The position numbers and the translations under genes are program-made. A stretch of DNA of 63,913 nucleotides, counting the filler, from Octopus bimaculoides (Eukaryota): the NCBI RefSeq assembly GCF_001194135.2. It is 4 parts of 4 records of this genome, joined end to end, with 100 filler letters (N's around TTAATTAATTAA, not from the genome) between each part and the next. Parts side by side here need not be neighbours in the genome. Positions count along the whole stretch, not along the records: positions 13,011 to 36,951 come from NC_069009.1; 3 more parts are not named here. One strand, 5' to 3'. How positions within the stretch are numbered: the stretch's first letter is position 1; each line of letters begins with the position of its first letter. Shown in pieces: positions 13,260 to 25,374 of the stretch. The notes beneath the pieces are model-generated. The model was given only the letters and a program-made list of their open reading frames with translations. It ran no database searches and was not told where the DNA came from.

Positions 13260-13618
13260 AATACCAGCAGATGACAACGTTTCTCTAAAAGAAATGGAGA
13301 AACTTTCAAAATACAAAGACCTGGAAATAGAGATAACTCGAATGTGGAATCTAAAAACAGAAACAATTCCTATCATAGTAGGTGCCTTAGGTATAATAAA
13401 AAAATATTCAGACAAATACATAACAAAAATACCAGGACTTACAAATATATATAACATACGGAAAATTGCACTACTGGGTACTGCACACATTCTACGCAAA
13501 ACACTTTCAATAGAGTAAACATAAGAGCACCACAGCAAACCACAGCACATACCCAAGGCACACAGAGCTGCGCTCGGTAGTGAAGTGAAAGCTTGTTATA
13601 CAAATAAAACTACTGAAC

Positions 13619-13656
<38 letters not shown>

Positions 13657-13660
13657 TAAT
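13260..13660 (+). mobile_element. R4/Dong LINE 3' end (restriction-like endonuclease C-terminus, 3' UTR, (TAA)n tail)
   Basis: IPADDNVSLKEMEKLSKYKDLEIEITRMWNLKTETIPIIVGALG...KIALLGTAHILRKTL* carries the REL K..KY..L and PI.VGALG motifs; flanked by (AAT)n. Confidence 0.88.
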
Positions 13661-13837
13661 CCTTTCTACATTAGCAACAAGAACTGAAATTTTAAGGGGT
13701 GGGGGCTAGTCAATAACATTGACCCAAGTACGCAACTGGTACTTACTGTATTGACCTCGGAAGGAAGAAACTCAAAGTTGACCTCGGTGGAATTGCCTAG
13801 CATGGTAGAAATTCTACCACCCTCATGCTTTTTTAAA

Positions 13838-13892
<55 letters not shown>

Positions 13893-14719
13893 CAAATTTC
13901 TACTAAAAACACAAGGCCTGAAATTTTGCGAAAGAGGATTAGTCAATTTTATTGACCCTGGTGTTTCACTGGTACTGAATTTATCTAATTTGAACCCAGA
14001 ATGCAAAGACAGATGAAATGCCACCGAGTGTTTTGCCGGACACAAAGCCTAAAATTTTAGGGGAGGGGTGTCTAATCGATTATACCAACCCTAGGGCTCA
14101 TCTGGTACTTATTTTACCGATCCTGAAAGGATTGACGGTAAAGTTGCCCGCGGCGGAATTTGAACTCAGAACATAAAAAGCAGAAGCTATTCTGCCAGAT
14201 TGCAACCTTAAACAACAACAACGTAACATCAACAACGATATCAAATAACATTGATGCAACAACAACAACAACAACAACAGCAGCAAAAATATGAACAACA
14301 ATATAGAAACAACATTGAGATCAATAATACCCAACAACAACAACAATCATAACTACAATGTTATAGAAGCATCATCATCCTGGTCATCATTTAATGTACT
14401 TGTTCCATGCTAGTGTGGGTTGATCTGTTTGATGCCAGCAGTTCAGAACTGCTGGCATCTCACCAACATGAGGTGGAAATAGAATGCAAATCTGGTAATC
14501 TTTGAAGCATCTTACATCACCTGAAGAAGATCTTTTGCACTGTGTTGCATCTAGTGTCATTACATTGTCCCACACTCACCAAGGTGCAGTGCAGAAGGAA
14601 GCCAAAACAATTGTTGTGCTAATAAATTCTTCGAGTTGCACTGCATCTTTCATTTTAATCAACAAAATCTTACATGGAAATCCCCTCCAGGGTCATACAG
14701 GCCATGGTTGAGAGCCACT

Positions 14720-14870
14720 GCTTTGAATCAACAGAAGGTTGGAATGGTAGTTTATTCTTAACCAAATATTTCTCCTGTAGTTTCCTCTCTACGAAGATCT
14801 CGTCTGCAGTGCCTCTTCCAGGGGCAAAACCATAACTGCATCTCATCCTGGTCTTCTTTGCCATGGAACA
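14720..14870 (-). mobile_element. RTE LINE reverse-transcriptase fragment
   Basis: YGFAPGRGTADEIFVERKLQEKYLVKNK resembles QFGF.PGRGT.DAIF..RQLQEKY. Confidence 0.7.
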
Positions 14871-15134
14871 ATTCTGCTATGACTTTTGCTGTGACCTTCA
14901 TAACCAGATTTAGTAAAGATTAACAAAAGCAACTGCCACAGCAATAACGACAACAAGAACAACCGCAACGTATTGCAGTATTGACTACCACATATAGAAC
15001 AATGACAATGACAACAGTAATTCCTACAGTCTTTGGAATAATAACAACAACAACAACAATAACAACAACAAATGAATTATTTTAATGTTTCTGGCATTTA
15101 AGAAATATGTTTGTAAAAGAATATAACATTCTTT

Positions 15135-16735
15135 GTGGTGGTGGTGGTGGTGGCTATGGTTGTAGTGGTGGTAGTGGTGGTGGTGGTTATGGTTGTAGTG
15201 GTAGTAGTGGTGGTGGTGGTTATGGTTGTGGTGGTAGTGATGGTGGTGGTGGTTATGGTTGTGGTGGTGGTGGTGGTGGTGGTGGTGGTGGTAGTGATGA
15301 TAGTGGTAGTGGTTGTGGTGGTAGTGGTGGTGGTGGTGGCTATGGTTGTGGTGGTGGTNNNNNNNNNNNNNNNNNNNNNNNNNNNNNNNNNNNNNNNNNN
15401 NNNNNNNNNNNNNNNNNNNNNNNNNNNNNNNNNNNNNNNNNNNNNNNNNNNNNNNNNNNNNNNNNNNNNNNNNNNNNNNNNNNNNNNNNNNNNNNNNNNN
15501 NNNNNNNNNNNNNNNNNNNNNNNNNNNNNNNNNNNNNNNNNNNNNNNNNNNNNNNNNNNNNNNNNNNGATAGTGGTAGTGGTTGTGGTGGTAGTGGTGGT
15601 GGTGGTGGCTATGGTTGTGGTGGTGGTGGCGGATATGGTTGTAGTGGTAGTGATGGTGGTGGTGGTGGTGGTAGTAGTAGTATTGCTGTGTGATAGTAGT
15701 AATAATAGTAGTAGAGGTGATGGTACTAGTGGTGGTGCCTGTAGTAGTGGTCATAGTAGAAGTATTTATGATTGTAGGGGAGGTGGTAGTATTAGTATTA
15801 GTAATAATAGTAGTGGTGGTGGTGGTGGTTGTAGTTGTGATCATAGTAGAAGTATTTATGACTGTGGAGGTGGTGTTGATAGTAGCAGTAGTAGTATTAA
15901 TTGTGGTGGTAGTAGTAGTTGCAGTCATTGTACTAGTAGTGAAGGTGATGATAGTGGGAGTTGTAGTAGTAGTTGTAGTAGTGGTTGTGGTGATGGTAGT
16001 ACTAGTAGTAGTGGTGGTAGTTGTAGTAGTAGTAATATTTGTGATTGTAGTGGTGGTAGTACCAGTAGTGGTGATGGTGGTGGTAGTAGTAGTGGTGGTA
16101 GTTGTAGTAGTAGTAATATTTGTGATTGTAGTGGTGGTAGTACCNNNNNNNNNNNNNNNNNNNNNNNNNNNNNNNNNNNNNNNNNNNNNNNNNNNNNNNN
16201 NNNNNNNNNNNNNNNNNNNNNNNNNNNNNNNNNNNNNNNNNNNNNNNNNNNNNNNNNNNNNNNNNNNNNNNNNNNNNNNNNNNNNNNNNNNNNNNNNNNN
16301 NNNNNNNNNNNNNNNNNNNNNNNNNNNNNNNNNNNNNNNNNNNNNNNNNNNNNNNNNNNNNNNNNNNNNNNNNNNNNNNNNNNNNNNNNNNNNNNNNNNN
16401 NNNNNNNNNNNNNNNNNNNNNNNNNNNNNNNNNNNNNNNNNNNNNNNNNNNNNNNNNNNNNNNNNNNNNNNNNNNNNNNNNNNNNNNNNNNNNNNNNNNN
16501 NNNNNNNNNNNNNNNNNNNNNNNNNNNNNNNNNNNNNNTAGTGGTGGTAGTACCAGTAGTGGTGGTGGTAGTAGTAATATTTGTGAGTGTAGTGGTGGTA
16601 GTACCAGTAGTGGTGATGGTGGTGGTAGTAGTAATATTTGTGAGTGTAGTGGTGGTAGTACCAGTAGTGGTGATGGTGGTGGTGGTAGTAATATTTGTGA
16701 TTGCAGTGGTGGTAGTACCAGTAGTGATGGTGGTG

Positions 16736-16768
<33 letters not shown>

Positions 16769-16930
16769 CTGAACATGATGAACATTGAGAAGCTTACAAT
16801 GATGATGATGACAGTGATGGTGGTGGTGGTACAGGTGATGATTATGATGATAATGATGATGATAATGTTGCATATACTGCTGCTGATGATGATGTCAATA
16901 TTGATTATAACAACTACACCCACCATTCCA
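15135..16930. repeat. GGT/AGT/TGT cryptic trinucleotide array with 54-81 bp higher-order units
   Basis: Unit AGTAATATTTGTGA(T/G)TGTAGTGGTGGTAGTACCAGTAGTGGTGATGGTGGTGGT repeated on both sides of a gap. Confidence 0.9.
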
Positions 16931-17054
16931 CCATGACCATCACTAATCACAATAGCAATAATAAAATAATAATTTTTTTGACAAATTCTTTTCATCTTTT
17001 CAAAAAACGAATTTGAAATTTTAACATTTATTAAAATTATTTTCTACTCCAATT

Positions 17055-17090
<36 letters not shown>

Positions 17091-17775
17091 CTTTTCTTTC
17101 TTTCTTTTCTTCTTTTCATTCGGAAAACTACTTTTTTTTTTAAAAAAAAAAGAGAAAATTTCTTTTCTTTATTTTGCAAAAATCAACATAATTTTTTATC
17201 AGATTTTTATATTTTTAGCACACTTCAGAAAATGTATTTTTAGTTGGCAAATTTCGCCTTTTCTAGAAAGGATTCCCATGTTTGTTCCATCAACATCCGT
17301 TCTTTTTTAACCCATGCCGGCATGGGTTAGATGGAGAGATATTCGAGGCAGGATTTATACAGCTGAATGCTCTTCCTGTTGCCAAACCCTTACCTGTTTT
17401 GTCATTATCATCATCTTCATTGTCGTTTAATGTCCGTTTTTCATGCTGGCATGGATTGGACACTTTGACAGGATTTGGCAAACCAGAGGGCTGCACTGTG
17501 CCCCAGTATCAGCTTTGGCATGTTTTCTACAGCTGAATGCCCTTCCTAATGCCAACCATATCACAGAGCATACTGGCTGCTTTTTTTCATGCAGTGAGCA
17601 CAAATAAGGTTACAAGCTAAGCTGTAAGATAGAAAAGAACAACACAGAGAAAAGACCTTATCACTAAAGTATGATAGAAGGGACAATTTCCACATTTTCA
17701 ATCAAGATTTATTAGTTACTATGGTGATGGCACTACCTATCTCTCTATCTATTTATTTATCTATCTATCTATCTA

Positions 17776-18713
17776 GCGCATCCTCTTCCGCTTCTTGTGG
17801 AAAGGAAGCGTTCCGATGGTTAGGCGATCCGTTTGCTGCCAACACCCGTTAAAAGGAGGACTGGGCATGCCGTGGTTGATGATGCGCAGACACGCGCTGA
17901 GACTGCGACATCTCCGGCTCTACGTAGACAGCGGTGAACAGGTGTGGTCACCGTTTGTGCGGCGCGCTTTCCCGCAGCTCGTCTCCATGACCGAACTGCA
18001 GTCATGGATCAAGAAGAGGCCGAGGAAGGGCGAATGGCACCACGAGTGTCGCGCTGCTCTTCGGCAACTCCAACAACCCGGGTCAACCTTGAGCGACTGC
18101 ATCACAACTNNNNNNNNNNNNNNNNNNNNNNNNNNNNNNNNNNNNNNNNNNNNNNNNNNNNNNNNNNNNNNNNNNNNNNNNNNNNNNNNNNNNNNNNNNN
18201 NNNNNNNNNNNNNNNNNNNNNNNNNNNNNNNNNNNNNNNNNNNNNNNNNNNNNNNNNNNNNNNNNNNNNNNNNNNNNNNNNNNNNNNNNNNNNNNNNNNN
18301 NNNNNNNNNNNNNNNNNNNNNNNNNNNNNNNNNNNNNNNNNNNNNNNNNNNNNNNNNNNNNNNNNNNNNNNNNNNNNNNNNNNNNNNNNNNNNNNNNNNN
18401 NNNNNNNNNNNNNNNNNNNNNNNNNNNNNNNNNNNNNNNNNNNNNNNNNNNNNNNNNNNNNNNNNNNNNNNNNNNNNNNNNNNNNNNNNNNNNNNNNNNN
18501 NNNNNNNNNNNNNNNNNNNNNNNNNNNNNNNNNNNNNNNNNNNNNNNNNNNNNNNNNNNNNNNNNNNNNNNNNNNNNNNNNNNNNNNNNNNNNNNNNNCG
18601 ACACCACCACTTTTTTTTTTTTTTTTTTTCCTTCCTGCCCCCTCCCAAAAAGAAAAGCTCTACATTGTATTTGTCCCATCTTCGTTGAGCCCTGTGTGGC
18701 TAATAAAAGAAAT
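17776..18713 (+). mobile_element. 5'-truncated L1/Tx1-clade LINE (ORF2 post-RT region and 3' end), middle in gap
   Basis: RILFRFLWKGSVPMVRRSVCCQHPLKGGLGMPWLMMRRHALRL matches the FLW.G...V....P...GGLG.P signature; 3' end GCTAATAAAAGAAAT; (ATCT)n on both sides. Confidence 0.8.
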
Positions 18714-19344
18714 GTATCTATCTATCTATCTATCTATCACACACACACACTTTCTCTCTCACTGTATTTCTCTCTCACTGTATTTCTCTCTCAACAACAA
18801 TTTTTCTCCTTCCCTTCTTCTAAAAATACAGTCTGACATATATTTTGATTTCTCCCTTCTTTTTCTCCTCTCTCTAAAAATGATTGTGACAGACAGTCAT
18901 ACAAGAGGTCAGCTTCTCTTATAATATAAGATGTATTATTTGAAAGCAAGATACTTTTGCTGCTATTTCTAGCTGATTGCACAACCACCCAGTGTGGCCC
19001 CCTCACTTTCAAACCACTATTATTATTTTCATTGTTGTTGTTGCTGTTGTAAATCATTTTCTATCATTTCGTCTAAATATGCCTTGCCTCCCACTCGTCT
19101 ATTGACAAAGCAATCGACTAGTCATACTTGATTACCCTGCAATCTTAAATGGAACATTCCTGGATAATAGATTGCTCATTGTCTGTTAGAGGGCGCTAGG
19201 TGTCCACTTCCTGTCGGTCTCCATTGGTCAAGTAGGATTCACAATAAAAGCAATTTACTTTAACTTTTAAGTCAGACAACAACACAAAGGGTGGTGGGGC
19301 ATGGTTGGCAGGAAGCAGGGGGAGATCTTCGATAAAATGTGATA

Positions 19345-19790
19345 GTTGTTGTTGTTTAGCCCCAGGTCTGTCCTGATCGAGCAGAACTATGATCAAAGAT
19401 GTTCCATCTGTAACCGTCCCATCTTTTATTGCGGTATAGTGTATCTTGGACTACATTGTCTAATGTATAGTATAGGAGTTAGGATAATAAGTAGTTATAG
19501 TTGTTGGTGTTGTTTAGCCCTAGGTTAGTCGTGATCCAGCAGACCTATGCTTAAAGATGTTCCAACTGTGACCATCCCATCTTATATTCAGGCATAGTGT
19601 ATCTAGGATTATATTATCTGATGTACAGTAGTTAGTATTCCTGGCTGTAGCTGTTGTTTAATCCCAGGTCAGTCGTGGTCCATACAGACCTATAATCATA
19701 GCTGTTCCAGATGTGACCATCCCATCTTTTATTCAGGCATAGTGTATCTAGGACTACATTATCCAATGTAAATTATTAGTAGTTAATATT
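19345..19790. repeat. Three tandem copies of a ~150-bp unit (GTTGTTTAGCCCCAGGTC...GTGTATCTAGGACTACATT)
   Basis: Unit starts at 19351, 19509 and 19653; dispersed copies at about 21287 and 23706. Confidence 0.85.
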
Positions 19791-20990
19791 AGTGGTTATA
19801 GTTGTAGTGGTGGTGACGGTAGTGGTGGTGATGATGTGGTGGTTGTAGTGGCAGTGATGATAGTATTGGTAGTGGTGTTGGTGGTAGTAAAAGCACGTGA
19901 CCAGTTTTGTGGTGGTGGTGGTGGAAGTGGTAGTAGTGTTACCATGTTATGATTACGGTATAGTGCCAGTGAAATTGTGGTGTGTGGTGTAGTATGTCGT
20001 GGTGGAGGACCATGGCTAAGACCACAGCGTGGTCAATTGTGACATGGTGGCACAGCACAATTGAGATGTGGAGTGGGGTGGTGTCGCAGTGTAGTTAGTG
20101 GCGCAATGTGTAATGGAGTAGGGCAGGTTGGGTTAGTGGTGGTTTCATGTGTCACTGGATGTTTGATGGGGGGGGGGNNNNNNNNNNNNNNNNNNNNNNN
20201 NNNNNNNNNNNNNNNNNNNNNNNNNNNNNNNNNNNNGGGGTAATTGTGGTGGTGGTGGTGGTGGTGGTGGTGGTGGTGGTAAGGTGGTGATTGTACGAGT
20301 GATGGTTTGGTGGTGAGGTTATTTGCCGAGGTGGTGATGGTAGTTGTAGGGTAGTGGTTGTGGTAGTTGTAATGGTGATGGTAGTAGTAGTTGTGGTGGT
20401 AGTAGTAGTAATAACGGTGGTGTTGGTTGTTGGTGGTAGTAGTGGTGTTGCTGGTAGTGTTGGTGTTAATAGTGGTAGTAGTAGTGGTGGTGGTAGTGGT
20501 GGTATATATAATAGTAGAATTAGTAGTAGTAGTAATAGTAGTAGTTGTACTGGTGCTAGCAGTGGCAGTGGTAGTGGTAGTGGTGGTAATGGTGTTGCTG
20601 GTTGGTGGAGGTGGTGTTTGTAATAGTGGATGTGGTGGTACTGTTGGTGCAAATAGTAGTAATAGTAGTAGTTGTACTGGTGCCAGCAGTAGCAGTGGTG
20701 GTGGTAGTGGTGGTAATGGTGATGCTGGTTGGTGGAGGTAGTAGTAGTGGTGGTGGTGGTGTTTGTAATAGTAGTGGATGTGGTGGTACTGTTGGTGCAA
20801 ATAGTAGTAATGGTAGTAGTGGTGGTTGTGGTATTAGTAGGGTGGTGGTGGTAACAGTAGTGGTGGTAATACTGATGGTGGTGGTAGTAGTAGTAATGGT
20901 AGTGGTGATAGTGAAGGTTGTGGTGGTGGTGGTGGTAATGGTAGTGGTGGTGGTTGTGGTGATGGTGATATTAGTTGTGGTGGTGTGGTG
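19790..20990. repeat. GGT/AGT-rich array with internal ~135-bp duplication
   Basis: GTTGTACTGGTGC...GCTGGTTGGTGGAGG...GGATGTGGTGGTACTGTTGGTGCAAATAGTAGTAAT occurs twice between 20545 and 20815. Confidence 0.85.
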
Positions 20991-21459
20991 TGCAGGGCTG
21001 GAGAATGGGGATAAGCAGTGGTCAGTTTGATCCAAATTAGCGGATGATGTCGTGACGCGGTTCCGAGGTCGGAGGTCAGTGACGTCGACAGAGGGATTAT
21101 GTGATATTTAATTACGGACGCTCGGACACTGGACAGAGCCGACAGTGGAACAAAGATATCTGGAGTGGTCATTGGTCAACAACCACAGTGATCTAGTCTC
21201 AATGAAACTTTCACTGCTTGACCATTCCCATTGTTGTCTTGCTGTTGCTAAATGGACATTTCGGCCTCTGTCTTTTACAATATGGTGTTGTTTAGCCCCA
21301 GGTCAGTCCTGATCCAGTCTATTGATCAAAGATGTTTCATCTGAGATCATTCCGTCTTTTTTTCAGACACAGTGTATCTGGGATTACATTATTGAATGTA
21401 TGGTATAGTACTAAGCGTTAGTGGTTATAGTTGTTGTTAGCTACCATGTAGAGGTTTAT

Positions 21460-22470
21460 CATGTTGGATCATGCAGACACATACATGCACACAGAAGACA
21501 ATTAGGGGGTGATATGAGAGAGATTTGGCTGCTATTTCTAACAGGTCTACCTGCCATGTAGAGGTCTCCGTTATTGACTCACACATACATATATGCATAC
21601 ATAAGACAGTAGGGTGTCATTTGAGAGAGATTTGACTGCTATTTCTACAGGTTCTGTCTACCATCTAGAAGTCTCCCTCATTGGCTCATGTTGTTGTTGT
21701 TGGCACTCCGTCGCTTACGACGACAAGGATTCCAGTTGATCCGATCAACGGAACAGCCTGCTCATGAAATTAACGTGCAAGTGGCTGAGTACTCCACAGA
21801 TACGTGTACCCTTAATGTAGTTCTCGGGTATATTCAGCGTGACACAGTGTGACAAGACTGACCCTTTGAAATACAGGCACAACAGAAACAGGAAGTAAGC
21901 ATGAGAGAAAGTTGTGGTGAAAGAGTACGGCAGGGTTGGCCACCATCCCCTGCCGGAGCCTCGTGGAGCTTTAGGTGTTTTCACTCAATAAACACTCACA
22001 ACGCTCGGTCTAGGAATCGAAACAGCAATCCTATGACCTCGAGTCCGCTGCCCTAACCACTGGGCCATTGCGCCTCCACTCATTGGCTCATACATACACA
22101 TATACATACATAAGACAGCAGGGTGTGATTTGAGGGAGGTTTGGCTGCTATTCCTGTCAGGGGTAGCTACCATGTAGAAGTCTCTCTCATTGCCTTACAC
22201 ATAAAACAATAGGGTGTGAACTGAGTGAGATTTAGCTGCTATTTCTACCCAGTGTAGCTACCATGTAGAAGTCTCCGCCATCGGCGCATACAAACATATA
22301 CGCAAATACAACCATAAAGTGTGCTCTGAGGGAGATTTGGGTGTTATTTCTAGCTGTTCTAGCTACCATGTAAAGTTCTTTCTCATCAGCTCATACACAC
22401 ATGAGACAGCAGGGTTTGATTTAAGGGAGATTTGGCTGCTATTTCTAGTTAACTGCACAACCACATAAAG
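21460..22470. repeat. Degenerate ~100-120 bp tandem array (GAGAGATTTGGCTGCTATTTCTA...CCATGTAGA), about 6 units
   Basis: Unit visible at about 21500, 21610, 22120, 22210, 22320 and 22410; interrupted by a SINE. Confidence 0.8.
21690..22078 (-). mobile_element. Full-length tRNA-derived SINE with 13-bp TSD
   Basis: A-box TGGCCCAGTGG, B-box GTTTCGATTCC, (CAA)n tail; TSD CTCATTGGCTCAT at 21677-21689 and 22079-22091. Confidence 0.88.
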
Positions 22471-22784
22471 ACAAAGATCTGTCACAGTAAATAAGAACTG
22501 GCTGTTGCAAGTGAGAGGTGGCAGTTGTTTATTGTGATTAGGTTAATTAGCTGTTAGCTAATGAGGGCCTGCTTGGATAAGGAGACACTGAGAGAGGTGG
22601 AGATAGGAGACAAAGAAAGAGGGAGGGAAAGAAAGAAAGGAGAAAGGATTGTGAAGGGGTGATGGAGAGGGAGTGGGGAGAAGTGAGCTAGCTAGCTAGA
22701 TAGACATATAGACAAATAGGTAGATGGATGGATGGATAGTTAGATAGATAGATATATGGATGGATGGATAGATAGATAGATAGG

Positions 22785-23420
22785 CGTAGGAGTGGCTGTG
22801 TGGTATGTAGCTTGCTTACCAACCACATGGTTTCGAGTTCAGTCCCACTGCGTGGCACCTTGGGCAAGAGTCTTCTACTATAGCCTCGGGCCAACCAAAG
22901 CTTTGTGAGTGGATTTGGTAGATGGAAACTAAAAGAAGCCCATTGTATAGATGTATATATATGTATGTGTGTATATGTTTGTGTCTGTGTTTGTCAACCC
23001 AGCATCGTTTGACAACCGATGGTGGTATGTTTACGTCCCAGTAACTTAGTAGTTCGGCAAAAGAGACTGACAGAATAAGTACTAGGCTTACAAAGAATAA
23101 GTCCTGGGGTTGATTTGCCCGCCTAAAGGCGGTGCTCCAGCATGACCGCAGTCAAATGAATGAAACAAGTAAAACAGTAAAAGAGAGGTAGGCGATAGAA
23201 AAGGCGGTGAGCTGGCAGAAACATTAGCACGCCGGGTAAAATGCTTAGCAGTATTTCATCTGAGTTCAAATTCTGCCGAGGTTGACTTTGCCTTTCATCC
23301 TTTCGGGGTCGATAAATAAAGTACCAGTTACGCACTGGGGTTGATGTAATCGACTTAATCCCTTTGTCTGTCCTTGTTTGTCCCCTCTATGTTTAGCCCC
23401 TTGTGGGCAATAAAGAAATA
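22785..23420 (+). mobile_element. Family A SINE followed directly by a family C SINE
   Basis: Both consensus modules are recognisable; family C tail TTTGTCCCCTCTATGTTTAGCCCCTTGTGGGCAATAAAGAAATA. Confidence 0.85.
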
Positions 23421-23884
23421 CGATAGCTAGCTAGATAGATAGATAGATAGATGGACAGATGGACAGACAGATGGACGGATGGGTTAAATAGATAGATAGA
23501 TGGACCAAAAGGGAGAAAGAGATGAATTAGTCCAGTAGTGGTGGTGGTGGTGGTAGTTTAGTATGGTGTTTGTATTTTTGTGGCTGGTAGCAACGTAGTT
23601 TGTTGTACCATTCAGCTGTGGTGGTCATGTAGTGATGTAAGATATACTGGTGTCTTCAGTATGGTGCAATGTTAAAATCTTGAATACTTAATTACTGCAC
23701 ATGTTGTTGTTTAGCTCAAGGTCAGATTTGTGTGTTTCGACTGACCGTCACATCTATCATTCAAATATTGTGTAACATTGTGTATTTAGGACTACATTGA
23801 CTTATGTATAGTATGTTAATTAATATTCTAATTAATGATGAAAGCAAAATCCTCTGGTAACATACATATTCACATGAACACATG

Positions 23885-23963
<79 letters not shown>

Positions 23964-24685
23964 NNNNNNNNNNNNNNNNNNNNNNNNNNNNNNNNNNNNN
24001 NNNNNNNNNNNNNNNNNNNNNNNNNNNNNNNNNNNNNNNNNNNNNNNNNNNNNNNNNNNNNNNNNNNNNNNNNNNNNNNNNNNNNNNNNNNNNNNNNNNN
24101 NNNNNNNNATATATATGTATATATATATATATAGATGAAGAGAACAGAGAAATTAAGTGTGGGAGTAGATGTTAATTCCACTAGTTGACAGCTGTTTCGT
24201 AATCTGTGCTAGGAATATGTTATGTTATATTATCCATCTCACATATATAAATGAACATAGATTTGAATATATATATATATAGATATATTCTTTTATTCTT
24301 TTACTTGTTTCAGTCATTTGACTTCACTCATGCTGGCGCATATATATATATTGTTATTACTTATAACTCATTTAGAGATTTTAGAACTAGCTATTCTGCT
24401 CGTTATGAGATCAGCAGCTGTCTGCCACTTCTCTGCTTATGTATGGTGTGTAGGGACAATTGACTGTCATCTCTAGCAGGCACATGTTCAGTACCAATGA
24501 AGGGTAAAAACCCAGAAACCATGCTCTACTGGCTTTCCAAGCTGGTAGGGAGTGATTTGCTCCCTTACTCCCAATATACCAGACACAATTTGTGTTTCAT
24601 GAAAAAGACATTTTCCTGGGGTTAAAATATAGTATCATAGTTTTTTTATAGAACAGCCATGTTATAGTGGCAAAAAATGTTACTG

Positions 24686-24729
<44 letters not shown>

Positions 24730-25341
24730 CCAGTCACGACAGCTGAATATGAAAGTATTTAGAGAGGCACCCCATCGATTGGCTGCATCAGTTAAAGGAT
24801 TTTGCTGATGAGAATGATATGTATATCAGGCTGTTTAGCTTAATGATAGAGTACTCAGCCAGTATCTGATGGGTTCGAGTCCCATAGCCGTCTTCTGGCA
24901 ACTCTTTAATAGGTGCAGGTGTGGCTGTGTGGTAAGAAGCTTGCTCTGCAATCACGTGATTCTAGGTTCAGTCCCAAGGTTAGAGTGGAAGACACCTGCC
25001 CAAGGTGCCACACAGTGGGACTGAACCCAGGACTATGTGGTTGTTAAGCAAGCTACTTACCACACAGCCATTCTTGTGCTTTATATGTAATTTTTTTTAT
25101 TCTTTTACTTGTTTCAGTCATTTGACTGTGGCCATGCTAGAGGTGAAAATTGATCAGTCCAAGGCTATAGTAGAAGACGCTTGCCCAAAGTGCCATGCAG
25201 TGGGGCTGAGCCTGGAACCATGTCGTTGGAAAGCAAGCTACATACCACACAACCAAGCCTGTGCTTATATATGTGAGAATAATTCTGTGTGTGTACGCCT
25301 GTGTGAAGTTTTGTGTGTTTATGTGTATGCAGAAAAACCCC

Positions 25342-25374
<33 letters not shown>

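Noticed and set aside
15098-16995. Long Gly/Ser/Cys-, Val-, Thr- or His-rich ORFs, and all X-filled ORFs in the track
   Set aside because: Products of trinucleotide arrays and N runs read in several frames on both strands; no splice or domain support.
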